This document shows, piece by piece, positions 1 to 15,554 of a stretch of 64,000 bases of DNA. Under the pieces are notes generated by a model. The model worked only from the letters and a program-made list of their open reading frames with translations. It was not told where the DNA came from and did no database searches. The DNA lies in NCBI GenBank assembly GCA_951406725.2, contig OX597820.1, positions 63,798,001-63,862,000 on the forward strand. Reading direction: 5' to 3'. Made by a program: the position numbers and the translations under genes. This DNA is from Octopus vulgaris. Its lineage: Eukaryota. Position 1 is the first letter of the stretch; the number at the start of each line of letters is the position of its first letter.

Positions 1-1526
1 CTGGTCAAGATATTCTACCTGTTTTATGTTCAAGCTGACTGAATCCTATCCCGCACACCTACTCCAAAATATCATTATGAAATCAATCAATCTTGAAGCT
101 ATAAGATAATGCATGATTAATTCCAAAACAATGTGAATGTATACGCATTTGAATGCTTAAGTGTTAATTTTCCATCTTTATTTTTATCCGGTAAGATGAG
201 AGATTCAGGTTGCTGTCAGGATGTCTTGAAAACAACTTACACATGCAAGTGCTACCAGTCGAGAACTCCGCATACCGGGACCCAGAAGTGTATGGAGTCA
301 TCAGGAGAGAATGCGCGCCATTTCAGGGCCTACTTCTCGACGACATGAATGTGCACCGGCCCCCACTTACTAATATGAGGCGCCGCTTTGCTAGATCAAC
401 TGGTTATTAAATAAAGCTCACTATTTCTCGAGCTATTGCTCTACAATCGTAGGATGGTCTTTAATTAAACAACTAGAAATTCGCTAATCGGCATACTATA
501 AAGAATAAAAAACTATGTAATGCTTTCTTTGATTCCATCAGTGAGTTTTGTTAAATATCACATGATTTTGTTATCATCAAAGATTCTCACAAATTCTCTA
601 GTTCATTAAAATTACATCAAAGTTATCACAAGTGCAAACATTGTGCATGACGTCATTGTCACTACATTATTGTCTTTGCCTCATATAATGTTTCTCTATT
701 TCCTGAACGTCGTTACGCAATGGACGGCAGAAACAATCTTCATGATTTAAGATGTTTATCAGATGTAGTCATCATCGAAAAGCACGTTAATCAATCACTG
801 GTAATTTATTGTCGTAGATGAGGATACTTTAAATATATTTACTACATACATTTTGACATCTGGAATAAACATGAATAAATTTAGAGCTCTATGCTTCTAG
901 CTCTGCATTTAGATCTGCATCAGTGTCAGTTAATTTATTCTATTATACTCAAGAAGATGTATGACTCTACACTCGCTATGTATGACAAATTGTACTGCAG
1001 AATCTCAATGAAGAAAAGTTAAGACAAAACAAAAATCGAGATAGCGATAAGGTAATATATAGCATTGGCCAGAAATGTACATATTAAGATACGTTTTAAT
1101 TACTGTAAGAAACGAAATATATTTGCACCGTAGTAGTATGTCAGTTGCCACGGAAGGAAAATTATCTTTCCAATGAAAGAATTGTTGGAAAACAAGTATA
1201 TAGCATTCACATGAAGTCTATTTGAATTTTATACATAATTCTGATGAGTCGAATTCGGTACATGTTCTTGCAATGTAATCTCATGAATCGATAGTAGCAT
1301 ATATTATGAAGAATATAACAATATTCGCAAGACCCTATTCAAATGAATCCTTCGTAATTTCTTGTAATAAAAAGATATGTTCATGTCTTACTTACAAATA
1401 TTTGTCCTTGCTTACATATGTGTGTGTGTGTGTTCGCTTGTGTGTGTATGTCTGCCTCTATGTATATATGTATGTGTGTGTTTATGCACATGCATACAAA
1501 GAGAGAGAGAAGTAAATAAATAGATA

Positions 1527-1586
<60 letters not shown>

Positions 1587-4133
1587 AAAGAAAGCTTGTG
1601 TGCAATAATATGGTTTCCATTATCAATTACAGAAATATTTTTGATTCACCTTAGATAACCCATTGCTATTTCTAATGCTCAAAGTTTGACATGTTAAACG
1701 TTATATTATCAGTTTTATCTGACATTCGATTCCTTCACTTATATTTCCCACATTTCTCAGATTATTTTCGCCCTGTAACATTTAATATTCAATTCAGTGT
1801 CATCTAGGGTAGAAGCGCCTAATATGGATTTTAATGTGCCAGCTGTGCGAATTTAATTGGCAAGGCCAAACTCAAAAGTACTATTTCGTGTTTTCCGTGA
1901 TCCCGCCACTATTTCGTGTAAATTGCCGAAGTATTATTTCTATAATTAAAGGCTCTCTCAGATTGAGAAGATCATAAAAATCTCTATGAAATTATCCTGT
2001 ATGCAAACACGTGCAAATCATTATGGCAACTGCGGTTTGTCTTTGCGCATATAACATTTTTGAGGCACCTTAATTGACAGTGAATAGAATTTAAATACGT
2101 GAAAGATAATATGAGTGACATACAACATTATCTTAATGTAACATTGGCCAATCTCTGGTAGTTTACTCTAGAGAGAAAAATGAAGAGATTGATCGTAAAA
2201 TGTAGCGATGTTTCCAATAAAAATTTCGAAGTGTTGAAAACACATTAAAGCGTTTTCTCTATTAAAATAAAGAAATAAAACTTCTACTTCTGTGGCATTT
2301 ACAATATTTCATTAAGTATTATTCAATTCATTTTATTTCAGATTAATTGGAGAATTAGCTAGGGAAAACAAAAGGGGCAACTGAAAAACCAAAAAGTAGC
2401 TGCATGTCAGGCACTAGAAGGAAAAAAGAACATCTCTCAACTGTACGATACGGAATCGTTGATAAGAGCCGTTGATAAGTAAGAATATATGGTTTACCAG
2501 AAAAGTACATGTGGTGAAAGTTTTAATTTAGAGGTCCAAGGTCTCTCTCTGTTCTTTCATCTGTTGATTATAGGGAAAGAGACAGGATCTTTTCGCTTTG
2601 ACCGGCAGATTTTTAAAATAATTTCTTTGTAAGTAAACACTTTTAAACTTCGTATACTGGTAGAATGTGTTTATAAAACATCTTTTTCACTTGGCTTTCT
2701 TGAGAAAATTCTGTAGTTTTTAAGCTATTTGTTCTTTAATTTCTTGCATTCGTTGATTCAGTTGATCTTAAGCCATATCTCTTGATTCACCGACACAACA
2801 CCCGCGGGTGATATAAATTTCTGTCTCTAGTGAGAGAGATATCTTCCTTCTAGTACCTAGCTGGCAAATCATCTTTTCCCCCAACTTAATTATGTTCCCT
2901 TCACCGTCCAATTTCCCTTTACAAGGATGTTGATCATCTCGACTTTCATTAGGGTCCAACACATCACAGTTCGAAAGGAATACTACTCAATACCTCCAGT
3001 GATTGTGATATGACGTTCTTGAAGGACGGAGAGCATTATTCCAAACGCTTCCATTACGGAACATCCGTTGCCTATTGAAGTGATCCAGCCGTTTTCCCAT
3101 TATGTTGCCAATTGCAGTAGTTCTCTGTGAAGACGGCGACAATCAAGATTGGTATTTATACGTAAAGCTAACAGAGTTGGTCATCCAAACAAAACGAATC
3201 ACCCTTGAAACTATCATTTACCACTAAATTTCCCTCCATTGCATTTTTTAACCTTTTGCAACGATCCAAAATCTATGGCGAGAACGTCGGCACAACAAGG
3301 ATATAAGCATTAAAATTCACTCCAACTTTGGTGCATCACTGCTACTTGTCTTAAAAATTTGAAGAAATTACAGCTGAGATTCTCGCACATCTGCTCGGAA
3401 TCAAGTACAACGATTCTTCCATAGTCCATTATGAAACATAAGAAAGTATAAATCATTGGTTTCCTATTTAGTCTACCATTATAATAAATGACATATACAT
3501 GGTTTGTTTCAAAGATTAGCATTTACATTATTTCAGAGGCGAAATCAGTAAAGTATTTCACCGAAACTCTACTTTGCTGTCAAGAGGTACATTTCATAAA
3601 TGGAAATGACGCAGATACAGACTTCTACAATCTGTACATTAATTAGAAATTCAAGGCCTTATATCGCTTTCACTGTAACCTTAAACCATTTAGTTGCATG
3701 CTAGTCTGGATTCTAGAGGCATTAAGACGAGTTCTCTTACATAAACCGAAAGCTTCATTTTCCCAAGGGTGTAGTTTAGTTTATGTAATGGATTTCCTAG
3801 AATTCCAGATGGAAATGTCAGAGGTTTTACAATGAGTTGCCGTTTCGATACGCAAATTAATAGACTACAGCGACACACAGAAACATACACACATGCATAC
3901 ACACACAGAAACATACACACATGCATACACACACAGACACGCATACACACACACACACACACACACACTCTCACACGCGCACAATCCTCTTTATTTGTGA
4001 GTTGATATATCTATATGTACGTACGTTTGCATGATTTTCCAATTACATTCCAATTAAACTTGCGCATGTGTATCTGAAAATTCAAGAATGTGTATTTAAA
4101 TTTTCACACATTAAGTAATGGTGATATATAACT

Positions 4134-4372
4134 TGTGGAGGCACGTAGCTTGGTGGTTAGGGGGTCAGCATCATGATCGTAAGATTGTGGTTTCGATTCC
4201 TGGACCGGGTGACGCAAAACACTTCATTTCACGTTGTTCCAGCCCAATCAGCTGGCAAAAATGAGTAACGCTGCGATGGACTGGCGTCCCGTCCAGCTTG
4301 GGAACATATACGCCAATGAAACCGGGAAACCGGGCCCATGAGCCTGGCTAGGCTTTAAAAAGGGCGCAGAAG
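4134..4372 (+). mobile_element. tRNA-derived SINE
   Basis: Pol III A/B-box-like head (TGGAGGCACGTAGCTTGGTGGTTAG...GGTTTCGATTCC) and body CTGCGATGGACTGGCGTCCCGTCCAG shared with the copy at 17941-18245. Confidence 0.75.
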
Positions 4373-5520
4373 ATATATAACTTAGTAGATATCATCAATA
4401 CAAATGAATATGGAAATGCATACACATCTAGAAGCCGCAACACACACACATACGTGCGTGTACACAAAGCTCACGCACACACATAGACACATATATGACT
4501 GTTTATATTAATCTAATTAGTGTCAATTCCTGGTTATAAGGTCATTGCATTTCTTAACTATACCATCAATCCTAACTGAGCAACACTGCATTTATTCAAC
4601 TCAATAATATTAAAACTTCTTTTCCACCTGCGCTATAAAACCACGCTCATTGTTCAGCGATTTTGAAACAATCGCTAAATCTCGCTTGAAATTACACGCT
4701 ACTGTCTTTAAAAATGGGAACGAAAACATTAGATATGGCAATCTTGTCCATTGCAGTTTCGTGCATTACAGTCTTTGATACTCCCAAATGTGAGTGGGGA
4801 ATGATTGAAAATCGGCTTCATCAAAGCTAACATGCCCTTAAACAAGACTCACAAAAGCAATAATATTGTTTTTCCACTTCTAACCCAATAAGTCGTAACA
4901 ATCACTCCTTCTCCTATTAATTATGTTTTTTTTTTGTATTTTTTTTGTAGGGTGATTTGGCTGCTGTTTTAACCAGTTAAGCTAAAATGCAGAAAAACCT
5001 TTCGTTGGCATATTGACACTTTGGTTACTGCTGCTGATGCTGCTGTTGCTGTTGTCTTCTTCTTCTTCTTCTTCTTCTTCTTCTTCTTCTTCTTCTTCTT
5101 CTTCTTCTTCTTCTTCTTCTTCTTCTTCTTCTTCTTCTTCTTCTTCTTCAAATTAGGACTTAGGCTATCAGCCTCAAAGAATACACTCTAATTCAGAATA
5201 ATATATTGTAAAAAAATGTATTACCTGGATTTAAACTAGTAGTAATTTTGAACAGATACTTTGATATGGCGACTGGCTTACTGTTTGATATAGTTCGTGT
5301 TCTGGTCACTTTGTGAGATTTTACCACTAGCTATTTTGTGTGTTGCAAATCAATGACCGATAGTCACTTTGTTTCCAATATATATTCAGTGTTAGCGGAT
5401 TCTGGCTATCGCTCTGGCGTACAGGTCCTCGCCATTGAGTTTAAGCCAAATAGCTCGAAACTGTGTCAGTTGATACCTGTTAGAGAGTGGGAGAGTTTCG
5501 CACCCCCTGCTAAATTTCTC

Positions 5521-5579
<59 letters not shown>

Positions 5580-5593
5580 CATACATACACACA

Positions 5594-5669
<76 letters not shown>

Positions 5670-5674
<5 letters not shown>

Positions 5675-6074
5675 GTGAGTCAAAAAGTAATGCCAATTTG
5701 TTTAGGACAGGTATAATTACCAAAACAGGACCATGTACCATACATCCAAATGAAGCTGGTCCTCTGGGTGGATCACATCTCTACTTCTCAACATAGTCAC
5801 CGTTTCTCTCAATAGGAATGTTCCACCTTCGAATGAGAGCATGTATCCCTGCCCCGTAAAATTCCGTTGACTGTTCTTTGAGCCACGTCTTCACTACCTC
5901 CACACTCACCAGATTTAGCGCCTTCAGACTATCATCTCTTCGGGACCACGTAGCAGGGTTTGCGAGAAAAACGTTATTGCAGTGACTAGCTTCATGTTGA
6001 TGTATAATACATGTTCTTTCGTTGGTAATTATAACTGTCCTAAACAAAATGCCATTACTTTTTGACTCACCCTC

Positions 6075-6077
<3 letters not shown>
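5670..6077 (-). mobile_element. Internally deleted mariner element (MITE-like)
   Basis: ~55-bp terminal inverted repeats (GGGTGAGTCAAAAAGTAATG...TTTAGGACAG / CTGTCCTAAA...CATTACTTTTTGACTCACCC), embedded in (TA)n. The minus strand encodes a mariner transposase C-terminus, [37 protein letters not shown]. Confidence 0.9.
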
Positions 6078-6124
<47 letters not shown>

Positions 6125-6129
<5 letters not shown>

Positions 6130-6300
6130 CGTCTTTCTGTTTGTCCTTCACCACCTCTTAACTATGAACGTTGGTGTGCTTAAGCCCCCGTAACTTAGAG
6201 GTTCTGCAAATTCGTTTCATACAATAAATATTGGGCTTCAAAAATAACAATCACTGGATTCGATTTGTTTGACTATACAATGAAGAGCAGTATTTAAATC
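6125..6300 (+). mobile_element. Decayed 3' half of the SINE family seen at 10539
   Basis: GTTGGTGTGCTTAAGCCCCCGTAACTTAGAGGTTC resembles GCTGGTATGTTTACGTCCCCGTAACCTAGCGGTTC near 10800. Confidence 0.55.
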
Positions 6301-8977
6301 ACGGATCAAATCAACCAAGACTGAAATGTGGGCTAGACAAAATCTCTGCTGCCTATTTTGGATAGCTATTCCAGTAGTAACACTACAACTGGACATACCG
6401 CGACCATATTTAATTGCTTGATAATAACCTATTGAAGCGAGACACTCTTCAGCTCCAAAAGAATTAAGGAATATTTTTATGGAAAACGCGGTGAACCGTT
6501 AGAAAGTCGGGTAACATAACTAAAGACGATATAGTACGGATCTTGAAGCCTGATTCCAAAATCCGAGCATAGTTGACATTCATTGCTGACTTTCTGGGGG
6601 GAAGTAAAAAGAAAAGAAGCGCCTGTAGAATACTGGTGTCGATATAATCGATTATCTCCCAACCAAGAAATCAATAACTTCGTTCGTCCGTTGATAATTA
6701 TTGCTGATCACTAAAAGATCAAGCAATTAACTATATTTATCCCCACTAGTGAATGGGATAAAAAATAGTAATTTTCACACACACACACACACACAACAAA
6801 ATAAACGCACACACACGCAATGCATACGTATATATATATATATATACAGGCACACATAAATAATATGATATAATATAATATACGGATGGGTGTATGTATT
6901 TACATGGTTGTTTTTATGCGTTAACACGACACATATGTATCATGTGTACGCGTGTGTTTGCGTGTGTGTATCTTTGTGTCTATATAAGTAGTCAAGAGGT
7001 TTTGTATGATTTAATCTCGATGTAGAAAAATGTAATTTCGGTGTTTTATACATACATACATATATACGTACAAATGTGTATATGTGTGTGCATGCGTGTG
7101 TATGTTTGTATATGTGTATATATATGTGTGTGTTTGTGTGTTTTCAAGAATGTATATGTATATGCATTTATGTACGCATGTATGTGTCATGTATGTATAT
7201 GTATGTATGCATGTATGGATGTATGAATGTACATACGTACGCAATATATATATATATATATGCATGTATGCGTATGTGTTTGTGTGCGTGTCCGTTTGAG
7301 TATGTGTTTGTGTGTGTGAGTGTGTGTCTATGTATGTGTGTTTTGTCTGGTGATCTCATGGTAGTAATCTGAATATCGCAAATTCTGAAGCTTTACTGGG
7401 TTTCATAAATAGAAATTCAATTATTGTGGCATTGCACATGAAACCAAAATATAGAAGACTATAAAGATTTGCTGTAGATAAGTGAGAAGATGGAAACGAA
7501 AAAATTACATTAACACATACAGCTTAGCCCAACAAAATTTGCAGGGAATTTACCGACAAAACCAATTTGACTATGAACAGGAATGCTTTTGGTATTTATC
7601 CTCAAAATATTTATCTACTATAGATGAAGCTGATGTAACAGTAGAAAATGGTGTCTGTATTTTTATTGAGAAGATGGATTCTTAACTGAGGAGCATTCAC
7701 CCTAGTTATTGTGTGTCTAGAACTGTCACGTCGATTTAAAATTCAAAGACATAGCACTTATATGAAATAAAATAATGTACAAGAAGATAGTTACAATCGT
7801 TGTTCACACAACTAAAATTGTAAAACCGAAATATAAATATAAATCTAAGGCAGAAAGAAACATAAAAAAGTAGAAGAAACAACTTTACCATGGGCTCTAT
7901 CTTTTAAAACTGGACGGGAAAACTTCATGAATGTGAAAGACAAAATTGCTGAATAGTCGTTAATTAAGGAGGTAAGGCATGTTTTTTAGCTCTACAAGAT
8001 CAAGTCTAACTACAAATAAATTACAAAAATCAATATAACATTAAATGAAGGTGAACCGTAACATATGTGAATGAAATCAAAGAAGAAAATACAAATACCT
8101 CATTTCCGGATGTCCAAAGTTACCAACAGCAGCTTATACAACCAGAGATATGATTCGGTATGTTACTATATCAATTTGACATTAGCCGCCAGCTTCTACA
8201 TGAAAAAGAAAGTTAATAAGTGGTATAAACCTTCATTAAGCCTCATAATATGTCTAATAACGCTAACGATATATTTATGACGTAATGTTATAAAAGATAC
8301 ATACCGGCGATTTCCATCAGGTATTGTTTTTTGTGGTAGTAAGCAGCATCAGATCAATACGTTGTGGAACTGATTCGAATTCGTATAACAGAAAAGAATT
8401 GGTTAGAACGCACGATAAGGTATTTGCTGAAGTTAAAGAGATTACATCTAAATTTATTGTAGAGTAGCTTTTAAATAAAATACAAAAACTTTTCTCAGCT
8501 GCCGGCAGGAATAAGATTGTTATGTAAGTAAAATAATACATACTTACATAGGTTTGAACATTAGGAATTAAATTTGCGCTAACAACCTTCATCGAAGCCA
8601 AAGGAAAGCAACGAAAAGCGTAGGGGACAGTCCCATCTTACTATTATTACATAAATTAATTTAGAACCAAATATCGATGGTATAACTTCAGTTACAAGTA
8701 TTTCTGCTAGTCTATCAAATAATCTGGATACACATATACACATATACATACATTATTGCAATCATACATACACACGGGAAAGTATATGTATACACATAAT
8801 TATATTTGCCTCTCTATGTACATACGCATACACGCAAGCTCAAATCCACGTATATATCTGCATATTTCCATGTAAATGTACATATCTATCTATGTGCTCT
8901 ATCTCACTCTCTCTCCCTCTCTCTTTCTCTCTCACTCTTTTCACTCTCTCTATATACTTACATACATACATATATAT

Positions 8978-9011
<34 letters not shown>

Positions 9012-9016
9012 AAATA

Positions 9017-9053
<37 letters not shown>

Positions 9054-10054
9054 ATATATATATATGTATGTATGTATATATATATATATGTATGTATGTA
9101 TATATATACATATATATATGTAAAAATTCATAATGTATAAGCATGTATACATATATATTTGCGTGTATACATGCTTATACATTATAGATAGATAGATTAC
9201 TTCAATATGCCCATTGCTTGTAGAGTAAAGAAGAGTAACCTAAAGATTATTTGTATAGGTATGAATTATCAAATACTGAATCATCATTACATATAGAACT
9301 GAATCCTTACACTGATATAATCATACCGGCCCTCGAATTGCATTGGAACTCTAATAATTAAATACAAACTGTTTGCGCGTATATCTTCTATTTCTCGATG
9401 TACAGCAATTTGCACATGAACATATATACACAGAAAATGAGATACATATCTTGAGAAATATCCACATATATATCGCGCACTCTTACAGATATAACCTTAC
9501 TTAGTGTACAAGACGAAACTAACGAGGAAGTATCAATCTGAAAGATATTGCAGCGAGATATTTCTCTAACACGACCATCTTGGAAATGATTAAATATAGG
9601 AGATAAGCAAATGCGGTATGCTTTGCGAGAAATTATAGTGGATAGTCACAGTGAGAATATTGGTCGAACGAGAGATATTTAAAGCGCAACGAAATTTTTA
9701 TCAGCTCTCGTGCTGATTCGAAACGAAAGCTTTCATTCCAAAGCGAAAATGTGTTTATTTGTTTATTTATTTACAGAAAATATTTGAAACTAAAATAAAG
9801 CCTCCATCAAATGATGGTATTTTAAAAGTAAATTGGAAAAAAAATGTTTTTCAAAAATATAAATTTCCAAGAAACAACCGTGTTAAAACATTTCACAATA
9901 ACAAATCTTCTAAGAAAACGGGTTTAAAATTGAAAGTATCACACAAAACTCTGTAATTGTGACGCAAAATCTCTTGCATTTATGCAATAGAGAACAAACA
10001 AGTTATACACACATGAATTTTGGCAGATATGTCACAAAGATCATAAATTAGAAC

Positions 10055-10330
10055 TGCCATTCCATCAGTTGCGAGGAAGATTGTTACAGTTGATCTGATC
10101 TGACCAGCCTACTCTGGAAATTAACGTGTAAGGTGCTGAGCACTCCACAGACACGCATAATATTAATGTAGTTGAGAAGGAGACTCAACGTGACACACAG
10201 TGCGGCAAGTGTTGGCCCCTTTGAATTCCACATACAACTCATTTTTGTAAGCTGAGTGGACTAGACAACGTAAAATAAAGTGTGTTGCTCTAGGACACAA
10301 CGACTGGTCTGGAACTCAACTCCCGACATG
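10055..10330 (-). mobile_element. SINE fragment, same family as 59530-59860
   Basis: Shared blocks CAGTTGATC-GATC, AATTAACGT, GTAGTT-(CTC)-GGAGA-TCA-CGTG-CACA and GCTGA-TGGACT. Confidence 0.65.
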
Positions 10331-10538
10331 CTTACCAGCTGATGTCTGTCAATTTCGAATCGCCTTAAACAATGTAGAAATTCGGCAAAGAAATGAATTT
10401 TCAGGATGTAGCCTGGAGGGTTTTTTCGTATTAATCGTTTGGACTTTGTGAACACATACCAATTGTGTGGCAGGTTTGGTAGCCTTCAACTAATATTCAC
10501 GTTATTAACATTGGGACTACAAATAACAGTAATAGTTA

Positions 10539-10968
10539 GGCGTAGGAGTGGCTGTGTGACTTAGTGGTTTGCTTACGAAGCATATAGTCCGGGTTCAGTC
10601 CCATTGCGTGGCACCTTGGGCAAGTGTCTTCTACTATAGCCTCGGACCGACCAAAGCCTTGTGAGTGCATTTGCTAGTCAGAAACTGAAAGAATCCCGTC
10701 GTATATATGCATATATATGTGTGTGTGTGTGCGTGTGTGTGTTTGTATATGTCTGTGTTTGCCCCCCCCCCTCCAACATCGCTTGACAACAGATGCTGGT
10801 ATGTTTACGTCCCCGTAACCTAGCGGTTCGATAAAAGAGACCGCTAGAATAAGTACTAGGCTTACAAAGAATAAGTCCTGGGGGTTGATTTGCTCGGCTA
10901 AAGGCGGTTCTCCAGCATGGCCACAGTCAAATGACTGAAACAAGTAAAAGAGTAAAAGAGTAAAGAGT
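10539..10968 (+). mobile_element. Full-length tRNA-derived SINE with internal (TG)n/(TA)n
   Basis: Head GGCGTAGGAGTGGCTGTGTG...GGGTTCAGTCCC, core CACCTTGGGCAAGTGTCTTC, 3' tail (GTAAAAGA)n. Related copies at 11844, 34500 and 6125. Confidence 0.85.
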
Positions 10969-11843
10969 ATAAATATTTCCTCTTTATCCATCATCATTAC
11001 TATTAATAAGTAAGTAATAAAATGACCACGAAGAAGTTCTCTTGATGGACACCAAAACCATCTAGCATACATTGGTGCCTGTTTCCAATCCTCTTGGCAA
11101 AAATTATTTCTCCTGCTTCTCTTTCAAACATTTAATTATGGGGAGATTATTTTGACGACTACCTGCTGTTTTCTCAATATACATAATCTGTACACCACTT
11201 CAAACACTCTATAAGTATATACATACATACATAAATACATACATACATATGTGTGTGTGTGTGTGTGTGTTTGAGTGTGCTAATGTATATATATGTATAT
11301 TTATGTATGGATGTACGGATGGCTGTATGGATATATGCATGTATGTGTATGTATGTATTTACGCATGATTGTATGAGATATTTGAAACAAGGAAAGTAGA
11401 CCTAGGGCATATATATTCATTTTCCGAGTAGGTGGTGTTATACAGCCACAAGTGCAGAAATACTTCTCAATAAATTGAGATTCGTCTCTTAGTTGCAGTT
11501 TGCTAACAACAAACCTAACTGCAATTGTTACCAACTCTCAAAATAAAGGGAGATGACCTGAACAATTTAAGAATCTATTTCACAGAAAAATTACCTTTAA
11601 TACATACGAGGAAAATAGGGCAAGTTTTTGCATGGTTATGACCTTACTCTTGGTCAACGAATAAAATATATTGCAGAATAGTCGAAGCTTAGAAATGAAT
11701 TTTACAAATGGAAAATGAGCACTGAAAATATTTGTCCATTTGCACTATTACCAAAAATAGAATACAGGAAATATTTGATATTAGATATGGCAAGGCTTTC
11801 CATGAGTCGGTTGATGGGGGGGTGGGTGCTCGGAGGTATTAAC

Positions 11844-12110
11844 AGGCGTGGCTGTGTGCTAATGAACTTGTTCTCCAACCACATGGTGTCGGGTCCAGTC
11901 TCATTGCATGGTACCTTGTCGAAGAGCCTTCCACTATAACCTCGGGACGACCAAGGCCTTGTAAGTGGATTCATTAGACGGAATCTGAAACAAGCCGGTC
12001 GTATATACATAGAATATGAGAAACAGCTTACTCGAATAAAATATTCTAAATGACCTGAGACACTCGTTTTCCCATAGTACACATTTATATATATATATAA
12101 ATGTGTACCA

Positions 12111-12157
<47 letters not shown>

Positions 12158-12395
12158 TGTGTGTGTGTGTGTGTGCATGCGTCTTTGCGTCTATGTTTGA
12201 CCACACAACTGTGTTGTGACAACGGATGTTAGTGTTTACGTCCCTGTAACCTGGTTCCCAGTGAGAGATCGATAGAATGAATACTACGCTTAAAAAAAGA
12301 CTTAGGTAAGATTATTTGGACTAGAAAAAATCATTCGAGGTTTGCTCCAGCAAGGCCCCGAGTCAAGTTACTGATACAGATAAAAAATTAAAAAA
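11844..12395 (+). mobile_element. Diverged SINE copy of the 10539 family
   Basis: AGGCGTGGCTGTGTG...GACCAAGGCCTTGTAAGTGGAT...TTTACGTCCCTGTAAC...GCTCCAGCAAGGCC is collinear with 10539-10968. Confidence 0.75.
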
Positions 12396-12449
12396 TGATA
12401 TATATATATATATATACACATACACACACACACACACAAACACACACAT

Positions 12450-12521
<72 letters not shown>

Positions 12522-12523
<2 letters not shown>

Positions 12524-13442
12524 ATTGACATTTTGAGTCAACTTCACCTGTTTACAAATTCTGGGGTTGCAGGAAACATCACCCTTCTCATCAGATGAAT
12601 ATTCCTCTGTCAGGTTTGAGACAATTTATAACCTTGTCGAGTGACCATCAATGAGGGTTACCTTCTTTGCAAATTAGTTATGGCTCCACTTACTAAATCA
12701 TCAACAAGAAGGCTGGCTACTATAAAAGTCAGAGTGAAATAAATTCCATAGGAACTTAACGAAATGCATAAACGCAATCTTGTGCAGATCTAATGACCCT
12801 TACTCGACCGTTACAACGATGAAGGTGAAAGCATTTTTAGAGACAATATTCACAGTACATGAAATCTGTGACCTGCACTTTGAGCCAGAGAATGGAGTGG
12901 AAACACTTGGAATCCCCAGCTAAAAAGAATTTCAAGACTCAGCCTTCACTAGAAACAAGTGATTGTAACCGTTATTGAGATCCAAAAGGGACTATGATGG
13001 AACATCACCGAGAAAGGTTGTGTACAGTCACTAGTGTAGGCTGCAGTAAAATGGTAGCCAAGAGAGTGAAAATGCCAACCTCTTCAGTGAAAGCAAGTGT
13101 TTTTGTTACATGACAATGCACGTCCATATATGATTGAAATCATAAAAAAGTTGGGTTTTGTGTCACTGGAACACTCTGTATTAAATTCAGATTTCGCTCC
13201 TTCTGATTATGACTTCTTTCCATCGCTCCAAGATTTTATATGATGCCGTTGATTTCCTAGGGACAAAGAAGCGCAGGAAGAGTTGCATAAATGGCTGCCC
13301 TACCGGCCCAAAGACTTTTGGGAGACGTGCATCAAAAACAAGGAGCTTCTGTCGAAAAATAATGAAATTGCCCAACCATTGCTTTAGTTTACATAAATTA
13401 CAGAAACAAGAGAACGCAAAAGTTTTGACTTACTCACATACA
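12522..13442 (+). mobile_element. Decayed mariner transposase
   Basis: Remnants of LLHDNARP (TTGTTACATGACAATGCACGTCCA, ~13104) and of the YSPDLAPSDY motif (NSDFAPSDYDFFP, ~13184), with many frameshifts. Confidence 0.8.
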
Positions 13443-14428
13443 TATATATATATATTTTGTGTGTGTTCGTGCGTGCATCCGTGTGTATACTTGTGTGTGT
13501 GTGCGTGTGTGTGTGTGTGTATGTACGTGCTTGTGTGCTCAGAATTTGCACACTAGCTTAAAGCAATTCCGAGACAGACAAAATATATTACATTGGTATA
13601 TTTTTATATATATATATGGCAGGAAAAAAACTCTCAGTATTTTGGGAAAATGTGTGTTACTTAGATCGTAGTGTTTTGGTGTTTGATAATTCTTCGTTAA
13701 CAAGAATAATAACCGATACAATGCGATCGATGAACGCTTTTGTAGATCGATTAGGGTGACTGGAGCACAATATTATTGATACTAATGGACAAAAAAATTT
13801 GAAATGAATAGCGTAGAGAAAAGATTTCATATAAGACGTTGAGTCAGCAATATACCAAAACAATGTTTATTGGGAGAATGTGTGGGTGTGATGGAGTGTA
13901 GAAAAGAAATAAGAGAAAATGGCTGAGAATTACTACTGAGTGATGTAGGGAGGGGTCTGAGAGAGTCAAGGAATTTGAAAGAGATATTAAATAGATAGAG
14001 TGAGGCTGAAAGGAATAGAATGAGCGAACAATAAAGGAGGTGAGATAAGAAAGCATGACAGAATGAAAAATACAGAGAGTTAGGAAAAGATGAGAGCCGT
14101 GGAAAGTTGTGTAGGAAATATATGAAATTAAAAACAAGAAGAGAGGGAATAAAAAGGTGGTGGGGTGGAGAGCATATAAGAAATTCAAGCAATATGGAGG
14201 ATGCAGTTACAATAAATATAATACTGGAGATATTCTAAGTGGGAAAGAGAGAAAGCGAATGAAAGAAATAGGAATAGGACGGAGATAACGATAGGAGAAA
14301 TAATGAAAAAAAGCGTTAACGATTATATAAATGTAGAATTATCTGTCTATACAAATACATACACAGACGCTTACACACATAAACACACACACGCATATAT
14401 AGACATGCATATATGCATATACATATAT

Positions 14429-14509
<81 letters not shown>

Positions 14510-14659
14510 TGTATGTATGTATGTATGTGTATACGTATGTGTGTATATATATATCCCCTTATCTATACTTACATACATGCATATATGCATATTTGTGTGT
14601 ATGGGAGCATATGTGAGTAAGTGTATCTATGCCTGTGTGTGGAAGAAAGAATATCTTTA

Positions 14660-14720
<61 letters not shown>

Positions 14721-15497
14721 AGCACGCACACACACACACACATATACTATTGTAGTCTTTCGTTCATGGAGGACTAATATTTTGATAAGACGCTAAGAGA
14801 GACCGAGTTTGTAGTAGCGGTGTACGAGATATAAAACAAAGATGAAAATGATACGTCAGAGGAAAGACAGAGAATAAAAAGAATAGAAAAAATGTCTTTT
14901 CTTCAAGACATTAGCAAAGAAATGGGAAGAAAATAAATTGAAGAAAAAATGACAAAACATAAGAAATTGATATGATTTAGGGAAGAAAAATTGGAAAAGA
15001 TTAAACGAATAACAAATATATAATTGTGTATATAACCGTTACCCCGTACTAATTATTTTCATTTTTATTAGTCGCTCATAAAACACTCGTATCCACTCAC
15101 ACAGACAAACATATATACACAAACGTGTATATATGTGTGTGCATATGCGTGTGTGTGTATGTGTGTGTTTATATTTGTATGCGCTAATTATTTCCATTTT
15201 TATTATACGTTTAATCTCCGTTTTTTTTTCTCCCCCTAAAATCATATGAAACATTGATTTTGCGATTTATATATCGCGAAATCAAAATTCCATATATTCG
15301 TGTATGTGTGCGTGTGTGTGTTTCTGTGTGTGTGGGTGTGTGTATGTTTGCGTGTGTGCCTGAGTGTATGTGTGCGTGTGTATGTATGTGTATGTGTGTG
15401 TTTGTGTGTGTGTTTGTGTGTGTGCTTGTGTGTGTGTGTTTGAGTGTATGTTAATATGTATGCAATGTATAAATGTCCCTATATGTATACACAGAAA

Positions 15498-15554
<57 letters not shown>

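Noticed and set aside
1239-1265. CTGATGAGTCGAA hammerhead-like start
   Set aside because: No stem II partner, GAAA box or stem I pairing found.
2570-3540. Microsatellite-free, coding-like stretch, possibly a decayed DNA transposon
   Set aside because: No motif I could identify with confidence in any frame.
4134-4215. tRNA gene candidates at SINE heads
   Set aside because: A/B boxes are present but there is no intact cloverleaf, and they continue into SINE bodies.
8317-8601. PAAEKSF resembling the hAT dimerisation motif (also VTIA..SKL at 11.5 kb)
   Set aside because: Too short and degenerate to support without a profile search.
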